From Ancylonema sp. (Eukaryota): a stretch of 64,000 bases of DNA. The stretch covers positions 1 to 64,000 of the forward strand of contig JBFLGF010000193.1 of NCBI GenBank assembly GCA_050230475.1. The letters are read 5' to 3'. This document shows positions 44,101-56,246 of this stretch, one piece after another. The notes below the pieces were generated by a model. That model was given only the letters and a program-made list of their open reading frames with translations. It did not search any database and was not told the DNA's origin. The position numbers and the translations under genes were made by a program. Position 1 is the first letter of the stretch, and each line of letters starts with the position of its first letter.

Positions 44101-44981
44101 GCTGGTGCTGGGTCGTCATCTTCTCCACACGGGACAAGCTTGAAAAAATGTTCATATGAGGGAGGGGAAAGTGGTTGCGTTGCTGCCTTCTGCCCCATCA
44201 ATCGGGGGTAGCCTCGCACGGAGTCGTAGAAGCGCACGCTTGTCCTCACGATGAGACCAGCTCGCAGGGGATCGAAAATCCTGTACCCTGCTTGCCCAGT
44301 TGCCATCCCCAAAAACACCCCAAAAGCTGTCCTAGATGCAAACTTAGCACTCTTAGGATCCTTATCGTGTCCAACCTTCAAATACTGGACCAGGCACCCG
44401 AACGTGTGGCTATTCTGATACCTAACCTTCTTCCTCGACCAAACCTCAGTCGGTTTCTCACCCCCCAATGTTGTTGTTGGTGACCTAATCCTTAGCTTGT
44501 TTGCATGCAACAATGCAACATCCCAATAAGACTTAGGCAGTCTACTCCACAGCAGCAGGCATCTCATATTCTCTAGCAAGGTTCTATTCGGCCGTTCACA
44601 ATCCCATTCTGTTCAGGACTGTACGGACCTGTCAACTCATGCTTAAACCCTTTACTCTTAGCAAACCTAGTTCACTCATGTGAGTCATACTCTCGTCCCA
44701 TGTCAGTCTCGACCTTTAGCATCTGGACCAAATCCTTGGTAACCTCCGGTGCCTAACTCTTTTCTTCAGCAGACTCACAAAAGACACTCTTGTGCTGGCC
44801 TCTATCCTTGACTGGAAATACTGGTACCCCCCATTTGCTGACATTACAGCCAAAGGCCCTACCAGATCCAAGTGAATTCTACCCATCTTCTGTGCATGAC
44901 CTAGATCCTCATCACTGTCTGACCTAGACCGGTGTGGCAGCTGAGTCATCTTGCCCTGGCTAACAGATTTGACAGTTATAG
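41194..44981 (-). mobile_element. Ty1/Copia retrotransposon family A, 3' portion (integrase, RT, RNase H, PPT, 3' LTR), degenerate
   Basis: LTR 41194-41599 (TG...CA) with adjacent PPT. Pol fragments IHLDLVGP, TFGCLV, GCKYVFKLK, GIHVDD and GFCDASY. A matching LTR lies at 53580-53986. Confidence 0.9.
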
Positions 44982-47900
44982 TTTTAGCGATGTTACGTGA
45001 TAGGTGTGCAAGATCGTGTGAATCTTTCCGTACAAGGGACTACGTCTCTCAAAGATGATCGATGACAAGTATTGTGTTGGAATAATTATTATTGAATGGT
45101 CGGCATCGTGTAGGTATACCACGATGCCTCGTTCAAAACAAGAATCTACAAAGTGTGCCGACGGTCGTATCTGCGGACCGTCGGCCTATCAAAACACAAC
45201 AACAGTCAGATCATGTCAACGGCACATGCCGGCAGTTGACAAGACATAACGTCTAGATCCGGAGGAACCATCTAGACCACACGTGCAAAAAACGGCACAA
45301 TCGAAACGTCATAATTCGGGTGCCCGGGACATAAGTCCGGCCCCTCAATATAAGCACACCCTAGGAATCCTACCGGTTAACGCTAAACCGGTAGTCCGGA
45401 CTAGCACACTAGCAAATGGCTATGATATAATTCCTACACTCCCCCTCGGATGCCATGCCAAGCATGGCATTGAGTCAGCACCAAGGGACTACCCTATCTA
45501 CAGCTAAGGTCATGGCGAAACCATTTCATAGCCCATGGGATAGTAAGGTCTTCCCTAGCATACAAAAGCGTGCTAGGGGGCCCTTATCTAAAATTACACC
45601 GATCGGAAGCCGATCGGAACTCCAGAAGTCGATAGCCCAGCTCCTAGTCGTTTTTCGGGCCGGAGCCCTGACAAACAAATACCACAAGTTAGGGCAATAC
45701 AAAAATGACCAAGAAGTCAAACTTCTGCAGTTTTCTCCGAATAACTTGAAATACTCAGAACTTCACAACTTTCTCAAAACTTCACAACTTTCTCAAAACT
45801 TCACAACTTTCTCAAAACTTAATCAAAACAACTGAATTTTTTACACAACATACATAATATAAATGAAAACACATATTCCAGAATTCATGAACAACGGACA
45901 ACTCTAGATGCAAGCAGATCCGCAACTTTTCAGGTGTCTTTAAGTGTTTTCAGGGCAGAAAAAAAGTGAGGTGACTTAGCTGGATAGACGAGCGTTGAGA
46001 GCCCTCCACAGGTGCATTCTGCAAGAAGAAAATAGAACATACACCCCCTGCCAAACATAGCATGGCAGCCGAAACCCCTATAACTTAATATGCACCCCCA
46101 TTTTAGTTAACCCTCCCAAAACCTATAGACTTTCCGTGTCTGTCAAGCAAGACCTGTGGAAGAGCATTAGTGAACATATCGGCTTGTTGATTGGCCCCTG
46201 CCAGATACACATACCTCAGTCTCCCAGTTTTGTGACACTCTCTCACCCAGTGGTACACCACATTGAAATGCTTGGTTTTCTGGCGCTGGACTGGGTTCTG
46301 GATCATTGAGAGTGCGGTTGTTGAGTCACTGTAAACTGTAATTTCATCAGGGAGTTTGAGCTCATGCAAGAGCGACTTCAGGTAACAGCACTCCTTAGAC
46401 ACACTACAGGCATCAATATACTCAGCCTTTGATGTACTCTGTGCGACTGTAGACAGTTTCTGTGACTTCAAGCTTAATGCAATCCCCCCAACAGTTGTGA
46501 CCCACCCTGTGACCGATTTCCCAGTCATACTGCAGCTGTTCCAACTAGCATCACAGTACCCTTTGATCTCTAGCCTCTTTCGCCTCACGTAGCATAGTCC
46601 GTGATCCACTGTCCCCTTTAAGTATCTGAACAGTTGGTGTAAGGCCTTTATGTGAGCAGTCCCAGGATTCCCCATGTGTTTTGCCAGTACCCCCAGTGCA
46701 TGTGCAATATCCGGTCTGGTGTGTTTCATTGCATAAATGAGTGACCCAATTTTTCCCCGGAATTCAGTTATCTGTTCAGGTGTAGGGGGAGTTAGAGGTT
46801 CATCCTTCTTGGTGAAATGTCAGTCCAGGTGGTAAGGGTAGTTTGGTAGGGTTACAATTTGGCATCCCAAAACGTTCCAAAACCTGTGTTTTGAACCCTC
46901 CCTGATGCAACGTGAGCACCCCCTGTTGTCTGTCCCTTTTCACTTCCACCCCAGGATATGGGTTAGGGCCCCAAGATCCTTCATTTTAACCCAGACAGTT
47001 GTTGCCTGTTTGAATGCTTTAATGACCATGAGGTCTGGACCAATTATCACCTGATCATCTACATGGATCCCCACGATGATGCGTGACTATCCTTTCCCCC
47101 TGGTGTATATGCATGTGTCCATAATGCACTGTTTGAACCCTATACTGAGCATGAAGGTTGTGAACATCTCACCCCAGACCTTGCTACTCTGTTTCAGTCC
47201 ATACAGTGCCCCCCTCATTCTCAAAACTTTTCCCTCAGCCCCTCCCTTAATCTCCATGAATGGTGGAATTTTCATATATACTTCTTCGGTCAGTCTTCCG
47301 TGCAAGAAAGCAGTCACCACATCCATCTGTTCAATTTCCTTGATTCGCAATAGCTAGTAGGAGAGATATAGGATAGAGGTACTATCTACTACAGGTGCGA
47401 ATATTTCATTATAATCAACTTTTTCTTGTTGTAGGAAACCCTGAGCGACCAGTCTGACTTCATATATTTCAAGGGCTCCCATGGGTGTGTATTTGATTTT
47501 GAATACATACTTACACCCCACAGCCCTTTTACCTGGCGGAAGTTCACACACCTCGAAGGTGTTGAATTCCCCCAAGCTCTTCACTTCCTCCTTGATGGCA
47601 GCTAACCACTGATCCCAGTCTGGCGTTGTCATGGCCTGGTTTAGTGTCAAAGGGTCGGAGGAGTCAGCAGACATGGCCACCATGCAGAATCCAGGGTCAG
47701 AGGGGCCGTTGAAGCCTGTGAAGAAGCACGTTGCCTCCCACTCCTCGACCTAAATAGCTGCTTCCAGCGCCTCGTCGTCGAACTCCTCCCCATCATATCA
47801 GAGGACATCCCCAAAGTGGAGTGGGCGAAGTTCGCCCCCCTCCTCCCCATTACACGCTCAGCTTCAGCATTTACCCCTGGGTTGGCACCCCTTCACCCCC

Positions 47901-50185
47901 TTTTTGGACTTCCTCCTCCTCGCCTGCCACGCCTGCGTTGTTGATCCCCGATTGACTGTCTGACAGCTCAATCAAATCGATGGGGACCTCAGCAGCTGGT
48001 GGTGGCGGAAATTGAAGTGCTGGGACCTGGGCTCCCGGGTCGTTGTGGGGTGCTGCTGCTGGCACTGCTGTTGGTATAACAGCTTGTCGTGGCACCCCTC
48101 TAGCCTTAGGCTCATCATCCGTGCCGGGGAACAGTTGGAAGAAGTGTCCATATGCTCCGGCCTCGACCTGGGGAGCTCTCCCCCCCATCAGTCTCGGGTA
48201 CCCCGGCACTTCCTCAAAGAAACGGACGTTTGTCCGCACCTTCACACCGGCTCTGAGCGGGTCGAAGATGTTGTAACCGGCCTCATCTGCTGCCAACCCA
48301 ATGAACACCCCAAAAGCAGTCGTGGCAGCATACTTCCCCGTGTTTGTTCTTATCATGACCGACTTTCAAGTACTGCACTAGGCAACCGAATGTGTGACTT
48401 CTGTCCTGAGTTGATTTGGCGTCCCGTCCACTTCTCAATAGGGATCCCCCGTGTCAATGAACTAGTGGGGGTCCTCTTCCTTAGCCAGTTTGCATGCATC
48501 AATGCCACATCCTAGTATGATTTAGGCAGTTTTAACCACATCAGCAAGCATCTCATCTTCTCCATCAGTGTTCGGTTCAGTCTTTCACACATGCCGTTTT
48601 GCTGCGGACTGTAGGGGGCAGTCAGTTCGTGCTTGATGCCATTTTCCTCACAATAACCTTTCCAATCCTTGCTGGTATACTCCCCCCCTTCCATCTCTCC
48701 TGATCGATTTCCGGGACCGCCACTCCCACCTGGTCGACTTGGGCCAGCTCCGGAGCTGCCCGAGTAACCCCCTTTCCCCACAAAATTAGCCTGCTGCCCT
48801 CCCGGCAGCACCCCTCTTTTGCGGTCGTTGCAGACCTCCCGTCGATCGCCACCGGACAAAGTGTTGACGGCTTGAGGGATCGTGAAGAGTGTTGGCGCAG
48901 ATATCGCCCAAGACATCACACTCTCCACGCGCGCGCTGTAGCGAGTGTTAGCGAGTGTTGAGGGAATTCAGGAAGTTGATGGTCTGCTTCGCGGGCTTGA
49001 CTGGCTCTCCCAGATGCCCCAGACGATCATGCAGCTCCTGAAGCCGCATCACGTAGTCGCTTAGGTCCTCCGCCTCCCCCATGATGATCGCCGTGAGCTT
49101 AGCCTCAGCGTTGGCGATCTCAATGGCTACTTGAATGTCGTAGAAGGCTTTCAGGGAGTCCCACATATCCGCTGCAGTCTCGCAATTTCGTTCGTGCGTC
49201 AGCTCCCCCGTCTGGAGGTGTTTGACGATGTACGCCATTGCAACGATATTCTTCTTTGACCAGGCCTCTCGAACAAGAGTCTGTCGGTGCGTGCCGTGAC
49301 CGTTCGAGCGACGTCCGCAGCATCCAGTGCATCGAGCTCGTCCTGCGTCAGTGATGGAGACACGACAGGTTTCGCTTGCCTCGGGGATTCGCCCCAATCC
49401 ATGACAATGTCATGCAGCTCCTTGTCAGCTAGACCAAACTTTATTTTGAAAGCCCAGCCCTTGTAGTCTGCTCCTGTGAAGACCGGAATGTATGACTTTT
49501 CCGTCATTTTAGGCAGCAACTATATATATCTGATGATCAACTCTCAGCTGCTTCCTTCAGCGTGTTTCGTGCAGCGCAGCTCACACCTCTGTCACTGGCA
49601 GCGCAATTCGAAGGATTACGTGGAGCACTTAATAATCCCAACCTTAGAGTCTCTTTGCAGCGAATCGCGTGGAATGCTTGTAGTTATTGACACAACGTCT
49701 TTAACTAGACTGCAGGTGGGCCCATAACCTTTTAGCGATGTTACGTGATAGGTGTGCAAGATCGTGTGAATTTTTCCGTACAAGGAACTTTGTCTCTCAA
49801 AGATGATCAATGACAAGTATTGTGTTGGAAGAATTATAATTGAATGGTCGGCATCGTGTAGGTATACCACGATGCGTCGTCCAAAACAAGAATCAACAAA
49901 GTGTGCCGACGGTCGTATCTGTGGACCGTCGGCCTATCATAATACAACAACAGTCAGATCATGTCAACGGCACATGCCGGACAGTCTGACAAGACATAAC
50001 GTCTAGATCCGGAACCATCTAGACCACACGTGCCACAAACGGCACAATCGAAACGTCATATTCGGGTGCCCGGACATAAGTCCGGCCCCTCAATATAAGC
50101 ACACCCTAGGAATCCTACCGGTTAAACTAACCGGAACTCCGGACTAGCACACTAGCAAGCATGCAAGCATGATATAATTCCTACA
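44982..50185 (-). mobile_element. Ty1/Copia retrotransposon family B with two LTRs, internally deleted and degenerate
   Basis: LTRs 44982-45438 and 49730-50185; PBS GGTTATGGGCCCAC at 49716-49729. Gag (FTGADYKGW) is fused by deletion to the integrase core (GGEY...TAPYSPQQNGMCERLNRTL). RT (QMDVVTAFLHG, GIHVDD) and RNase H (GYCDASW, QQADMFT) follow. Confidence 0.92.
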
Positions 50186-53100
50186 GTGCGTGCCGTGATC
50201 GTACGAGCGACGTCCGTAGCATCCAGTGCATCGAGCTCGTCCTGCGTGAGTGGTGGAAGCACGACAGGTTTCGCTTGCCTCGGGTATTCGCCCCAATCCA
50301 TGACAACGTCATGCAGTTCCTTGTCAGCTAGGCCGAACTTCACTTTGAAGGCCCAGCCCTTGTAGTCTGCTCCTGTGAAGACCGGAATGTATGATTTTTC
50401 CGTCATTGTAGGCAGCAGTTGAAAGGCTTATCGACAGTCGATTTCTCAACGTGTTTTGTAACGCACCTCACAATTCAGAATCCCTCTCCGCAGTAGATCG
50501 CGTGGAATGCCTGAAGTTATTAACACATCGTCTTTAAGTAGACCGCTTGTGGGCCCATAACCTTTTGGCGTTGATACGTGATTGGTGTGCGAGATTGTGT
50601 GGTTCTTTCCGTACAAGGGACTACGTCTCTCAGAGCTGATCAATGACAAGTATTGTTAGGAGTGTAATATGATGGAGCTCCTAGCAAACTGGGTTGCGAA
50701 TGCACACACAAAATGATGGTGAAAATGAGTCGATAGGATAGGGGCGATTGAGCTGATGGTCAAGATGGTCGAGTAGGTATGGTAGAGGCACAATGTGCAA
50801 GTACATGAGTTGATAGGAATGCTCTAAAGGCATTCCTATCGACTATAATCGACTATATATAGTAAACTGGCTCAGGTCTGAATCCCGACTCCAAGTGGGA
50901 TAACTCACTCTGGATATGCTAAGGACACATCAAGTCTGGCTAACGGAACAACTGCCGGAGCGAAGGACACATCAGAATACTCCCTAGGGGCCAAGCGGCC
51001 GCTAGGGACACAACTCCCCCTCTATAGGGACAGAACTCGCTACAGGGGACTCTGAGCTAATAGCGCTCTAGCGCTAAGTGTGAAGGAGCTCTAGTGACTA
51101 GCGAGGGTCCTGGGGATGGGGGTGGTGGTGGGGGTTGGAAGCAAGCACTGAGCGGCACAGTGAGGGCTGGTGAGGGATATGGTGCCTGACTTCCAATCTA
51201 TGTTTGGGGTCTGTTTGTGCAGCCACGGGAAACCGAGGACCACCGGGCAGTGCGCCAGTCGGGTGACGTCCAATGAGATGGTCTCCGTGTGGTTGCCTGG
51301 AGATCTGAGCTGTGCCGAAAAATAGCAGGTAATGGGGCCCGCAGCCGGGGGGCTGCCGTCTATCAGCTCGACTGGGATGGGGTGGGGATGGGGGTGGGTT
51401 GGGAGGTTATTGTCTGACAAAACCTGCGGGTCGATAAAGTTGCCTGACGCCCCCGAGTCGATCAGCACTTTGACAGATATGGGAGGGAGGGGGTAACGAA
51501 GCAGGTGGCAAGCCAGCAGAAACTGGCGGGGGTGGGGAAATGGGGAGGGTAGGGGAAAGGGACCCGCACAGACCCCTCCTAGGACTGTGTGGGGTAGTCG
51601 TTTTTTGACTCGGGGGGTTGCAGATCGAGGAAGCGCACGGTGCGGCCCTTGCCCTTGTTGGGGCAGGTTCTGTTGTCATGGCCGGGCAGGCCACAGTAAA
51701 GACACAGGTTGCCAGCCACACGGCGGGCCATCTCCGCGGGTTCTACCTTGAGGATCTGGCGGCGGGTGCCGATGTCTATGGGGACAATCTGCAGGTGAGG
51801 GGGCAGCTGTTGGGGGAACTGATCTGCCACTCTGGCTGGTGGGGGGATGTAGGTGGATCTGGAGGGTCTGTCCAAACGAGCAGCAGCCAGGGCGTGTTCG
51901 ATGTTCTTGACAAAGGTAACATACTCGGAGAAAGTGTCAGGGGGGGACTGAACCTTCAAGATCTCCTGCCTGAGCTCTGGCTTCAGTTTGTCAAAGTGTA
52001 AGTGAAGATTAATGGATGATCTCCCCACCCCTGAAACCCTCTGACTAAGGTTCTGAACGAACTTGGAAGTGAAGAGTCCTGAACGCCCCCCCTGTTTGTT
52101 TGAGTTCCCGTAGCTGGCGTTCTGTGGTCAGATTGGATGGGGTGTCGCCAAAAGCTTCACTCAGCCCCCTGAGAAGAGCGTTCACGTCATAACCCGCGGG
52201 AAGGTTGTTATATCAGGGTCGTGTTGCTGAGTGAACCAGTCGCCAGCAGCACCAGTTAGGAAAGACGAGAGAAGTAGAGGACTGTATGCTCAGGGTCAGA
52301 GAATCTGATAGGAGCCACCCGAATCTGGTTACGCACTAGTCGTAGAAAAGTTGCCAGACTTGCAGAATCGCCTGAATATTTCTGTAAATCAGGGAGGACC
52401 ATTTCTGAGGAGGGTGGCTTGTAGACTGGTGGGGAAACAGGGATAGGTTGAGCAAAGGAAGGAAGTAGGGCTGAGATAGGAGATGGGGTGCTGAGGTGCG
52501 CCTCCACCACCCTTTGTTTTTCATGAAGCTCGCTCGATTGAGCAAATAAGGTTGTTATTCTATCATCTGTTTCCGCCTGCCGTTCCATGTTTTCGCTGAG
52601 TTGCAACCTCATTGCATTCAGAGTCTCGACAATATGTTGTAACTCCATGAAGAAAACTGAACTGAAAAAGTGAAAAAAGTTTCCTAAAAAAGTTAAAAAA
52701 ATCTCAAGTGTATTCCTATCAAAGTGTTAGGAGTGGAATATGATGGAGCTCCTAGCAAACTGGGTGGCGAATGCACACACAAAATGATGGTGAAACTGAG
52801 TCGATAGGATAGGGGCGAATGAGCCGATGGTCAAGATGGTCGAGTAGGTATGGTAGAGGCACAATGTGCAAGTACATGAGTTGATAGGAATGCTCTGCTA
52901 TAAAGGCATTCCTATCGACTATATATGGTAAACTGGCTCAGGTCTGATCTGAATCGAATCACGACTCCAAGTGGGATAACTCACTCTTGGATATGCTAAG
53001 GACACATCAAGTCTGGCTAACGGCACAATTGCCGGAGCTAAGGACACATCAGAATACTCCCTAGGGGCCAGGCGGCCGCTAGGGACACAACTCTCCCACT

Positions 53101-53576
53101 ATAGGGACAGAACTCACTACAGGGGAATCTGAGCTAATAGCGCTCTAGCGCTAAGTGTGAGGACCTCGCTAAGGAGCTCTAGTGACTGTAGCGAGGGTCC
53201 TAACAAGTATTGTGTTGGAAGAATAATATTGAATGGTCGGCATCGGGTAGGTATACCACGATGCCTCGTACAGATCGAGAATCAACAAAGTGTGGCGACG
53301 GTCGGATCTACGGACCGTCGGCCTATCACAACACAGCAACAATCAGATCATGTCAACGGCACATGCCGGACAGTCTCACAAGACATAACGACTAGATGCG
53401 GGAACCATCTAGAAACACACGTGCCCTAAACGGCACAATCGAAACGTCATGTTCGGGTGCCCGGACACAAGTCCGGCCCCTCAATACAAGCACACCCTAG
53501 GAATCCTACCGGTTACACTAACCGGTAGCCCGGACCAGCATACTAGCAAGCATGGCTATCCGATATAATTCCTACA
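50186..53576 (-). mobile_element. Second Copia family B copy (5' LTR, PBS, gag start), with its LTR split by a Gypsy insertion
   Basis: Gag start 50186-50406 duplicates 49288-49506. PBS at 50549-50562; LTR halves at 50563-50653 and 53206-53576. Confidence 0.88.
50654..53205 (-). mobile_element. Ty3/Gypsy element (Tf1/sushi/Tcn1-like gag and protease), deleted for RT-RH-IN
   Basis: LTRs 52725-53205 (TGTTAGGA...TCCTAACA) and 50654-51111; 5-bp TSD AGTAT (50649-50653, 53206-53210). Gag has KYSGD and a CCHC knuckle CLYCGLPGHDNRTC; protease has LIDSGASGNFID...VVLGFPWL. Confidence 0.92.
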
Positions 53577-53579
53577 AAT

Positions 53580-53986
53580 TGTACGGTAAAGCAACATCGT
53601 TTTGGTCTGATTGTGAAATGTAATTGGATAAGTGTTATCGTCGGGCCAATGTACCCGACGAGGCGACAACGGTACAATGATTACTGGACACTTTTCTAGC
53701 CGACGGTCGGAACTATCGACCGCCGTCGTGCCACCGCACCTGTGTCCACGGCAACATGCCGGACTCGACTGTCACCACACAAATCCAGCTAATGGGGTGG
53801 TGATACCGCCTGGTATTCTACAACGACTACTAGCTAGGTCACGTCCGTACAAGTGTGGACGTGCCGTGTGCGAACGGATACCCGGGTATAGCATTCCCGG
53901 CTCCGTGTCCTATAAAGACTCTAAGGCAATTAGCCGGACAAGGCAAACAAGTTATTAATGTGCCTATCCGAACTCAATTCTAAACA
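53580..53986 (-). mobile_element. LTR of Copia family A
   Basis: Near-identical to 41194-41599, with TG...CA ends. Confidence 0.9.
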
Positions 53987-56246
53987 GCGCGCACTATTAT
54001 TTTCGGGATTATCGAGATGCTAAACAACTCTGGTTTAATACGAAGTTCTACACCGACATATTGTGCGGACTACCAAAAAAAAAAAAAAAAAAAAAATCCG
54101 AACTACTTTTGAACAATTAACAAAAAAATCCACTTTCGCGACAAAAATCGACGAAGTACGAAAAACTCGGTGTTTAGAGGGGTTGGTTATTTCAATGGAA
54201 ATTTATTTCTGAAAATCTCGAACGGCGTGACAATAGTGGGGATCTATAAACACTAAATCAAAAGCGCTTTATTTTATAGGGAACAATTGTTATGTGCGGG
54301 TGTCATGGTGTCGTTTTATCGGGGTTCATGGGATGCATGGGACGCATGAAATCGTTGAGTAGAATGTCAACCGATGACAAAGAGGTTGCATTAGGTTGAT
54401 ATGCGGATATGAGTTTGTGCATTATGTGTCCGGTGATTATCTTCACGTTGCATGTAATACTAGGAGAAATGAAACGTCGTGGATAGTCTTCATGTGACAC
54501 GTGTATACTTTCACTTAGATATATCGTTATAGACGGCTGCATAGCCATTGGACTCTAAGACGGTGTAGAAGTCCTCAACCGCGTTTATGCCGAGGCAAAG
54601 CGTAACAACTATAGTGCCACATTTGTGTCAATTCACTTGTGTCAATTCACTACGCTCGCAACGTCACCATGTGTAACTTTGAGAGCGAGGTGTCTTATCA
54701 ATCCGTCATAATATTACCGCATTGTCGAATTTTAAGTGCACGGGAGCCTATCACTATAAACGCTCAATTGAGTTCGGAGTATAGCTCGGAGAAGATTGAC
54801 CCACTATGAAGAATCCTACAATGGGTGGGGAAGAACAATTTTATGATATAATCCACAAATAATTTGGTCGGGAGGGCTGTTAAGGGGGAGCGAAATCGGA
54901 ATAGCTTCTAACCAATGCCCGCGCCGGCCCCACTAGCGGAACGGATCCGTGCTCGAGATGTCGCCGAGTTGGTCGCATTAAAAATCACATCGTGCAAGGT
55001 ATCCTGATTGACGAGTGAGCATGAGCTTGAGTGTGTGTTCAATTGGTCTCTAATTTCGAATTTACTCTTATGACAAAGCTTTTTATAATTAAGTACTTCT
55101 TGTGTGATGGGTCCTTCCCGTTACGGTGCGCCCTGCTCCTTCCCACATGGGCTTATCGCCAACTTGGACCCTTTTGCGGTGGGTGAAGCCCCCGCGGATT
55201 TCTTCCCCTTGTTCCATTCTCTCTGTATACTAAACCCTGGGTATAACAATCTTCGTAATAACAACAAACTCGATATGGCAACACACGTTCGTGACCTTTT
55301 TCTCGTCTTTTTTAATTCCTATGTAAATGCTTTATATCAGTATGACGACCCTCCTCATAATGACAATGGATATCGTTATACCATCGTTATCGTTATTGTT
55401 CATGACCACACTTTCACGCATAACGAAAAGTCATTATGTATAAAATCGTGAAAATCTTGAAAATATTGGAAATTTGTCGTGCTTTGGAATCCGAGCGTAT
55501 AACAGACAATATAACTTGTCTAAAGGACTTCTGTTGTGGTGGGAGAATACATTCCTTTAGAGAGGTTAATTACTTATACAAGTATGGATTCTAACGATTC
55601 CGGTTTTGGGACCGGAATTTGGTATTCCTTTAAAGAGGTTAGTCCTTCATACATTATTCCTTAATATCGGTTATACTTTATGATAACACGCATGACGCAT
55701 TTGATGCAAACTCCAAGGCAAAGTAATAAATCCTCAATCTTGTGACACTTATTTCAGAGATGACGAGTGAATGTCGACGTTGTATAACGACACCTCAACA
55801 TAGCGACATCTTTCTACAGATTTGTGTTTTCGTTGTATGGAGGGTTTGCTTTACCGCGGTATTTGTTCCCCCGATTCATGGGGGACTGAGGGGGGACAAC
55901 GCTGGGCCGGGGGGGAAACGGAGACTAAAAAGCTGACGCTCGGAAACCCTCTGAAACTACCGCCCGAGTACGGAGAAGTTAGAATTAGAAATCAAGGTAG
56001 AGAAGGACAAAGAAATAAAGTGGACGAGAAGACAGAACGTTCGTGGAATATGAAAGTCTTGGTGGTATTCTCACTGTTCCGCTTCAGTTTAGTTTTCCAT
56101 TCGCTTGATCTGCTTCCTATGTATCCTACGGAAGACTGTTTCTGGTGTCCGATTCAACTTCTGGAGCGGTCCTTGTGCACAGTCGGCACATACTAGACTG
56201 TTGCTTTTTATTCGGCTAAAAGTTGTTATAGTCACGAACTCTTACG

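Noticed and set aside
55700..56246. Possible upstream TFB5/REX1-S cistron, as in the bicistronic Chlamydomonas REX1 locus
   Set aside because: I could not find a TFB5-like reading frame upstream of the REX1B-like gene.
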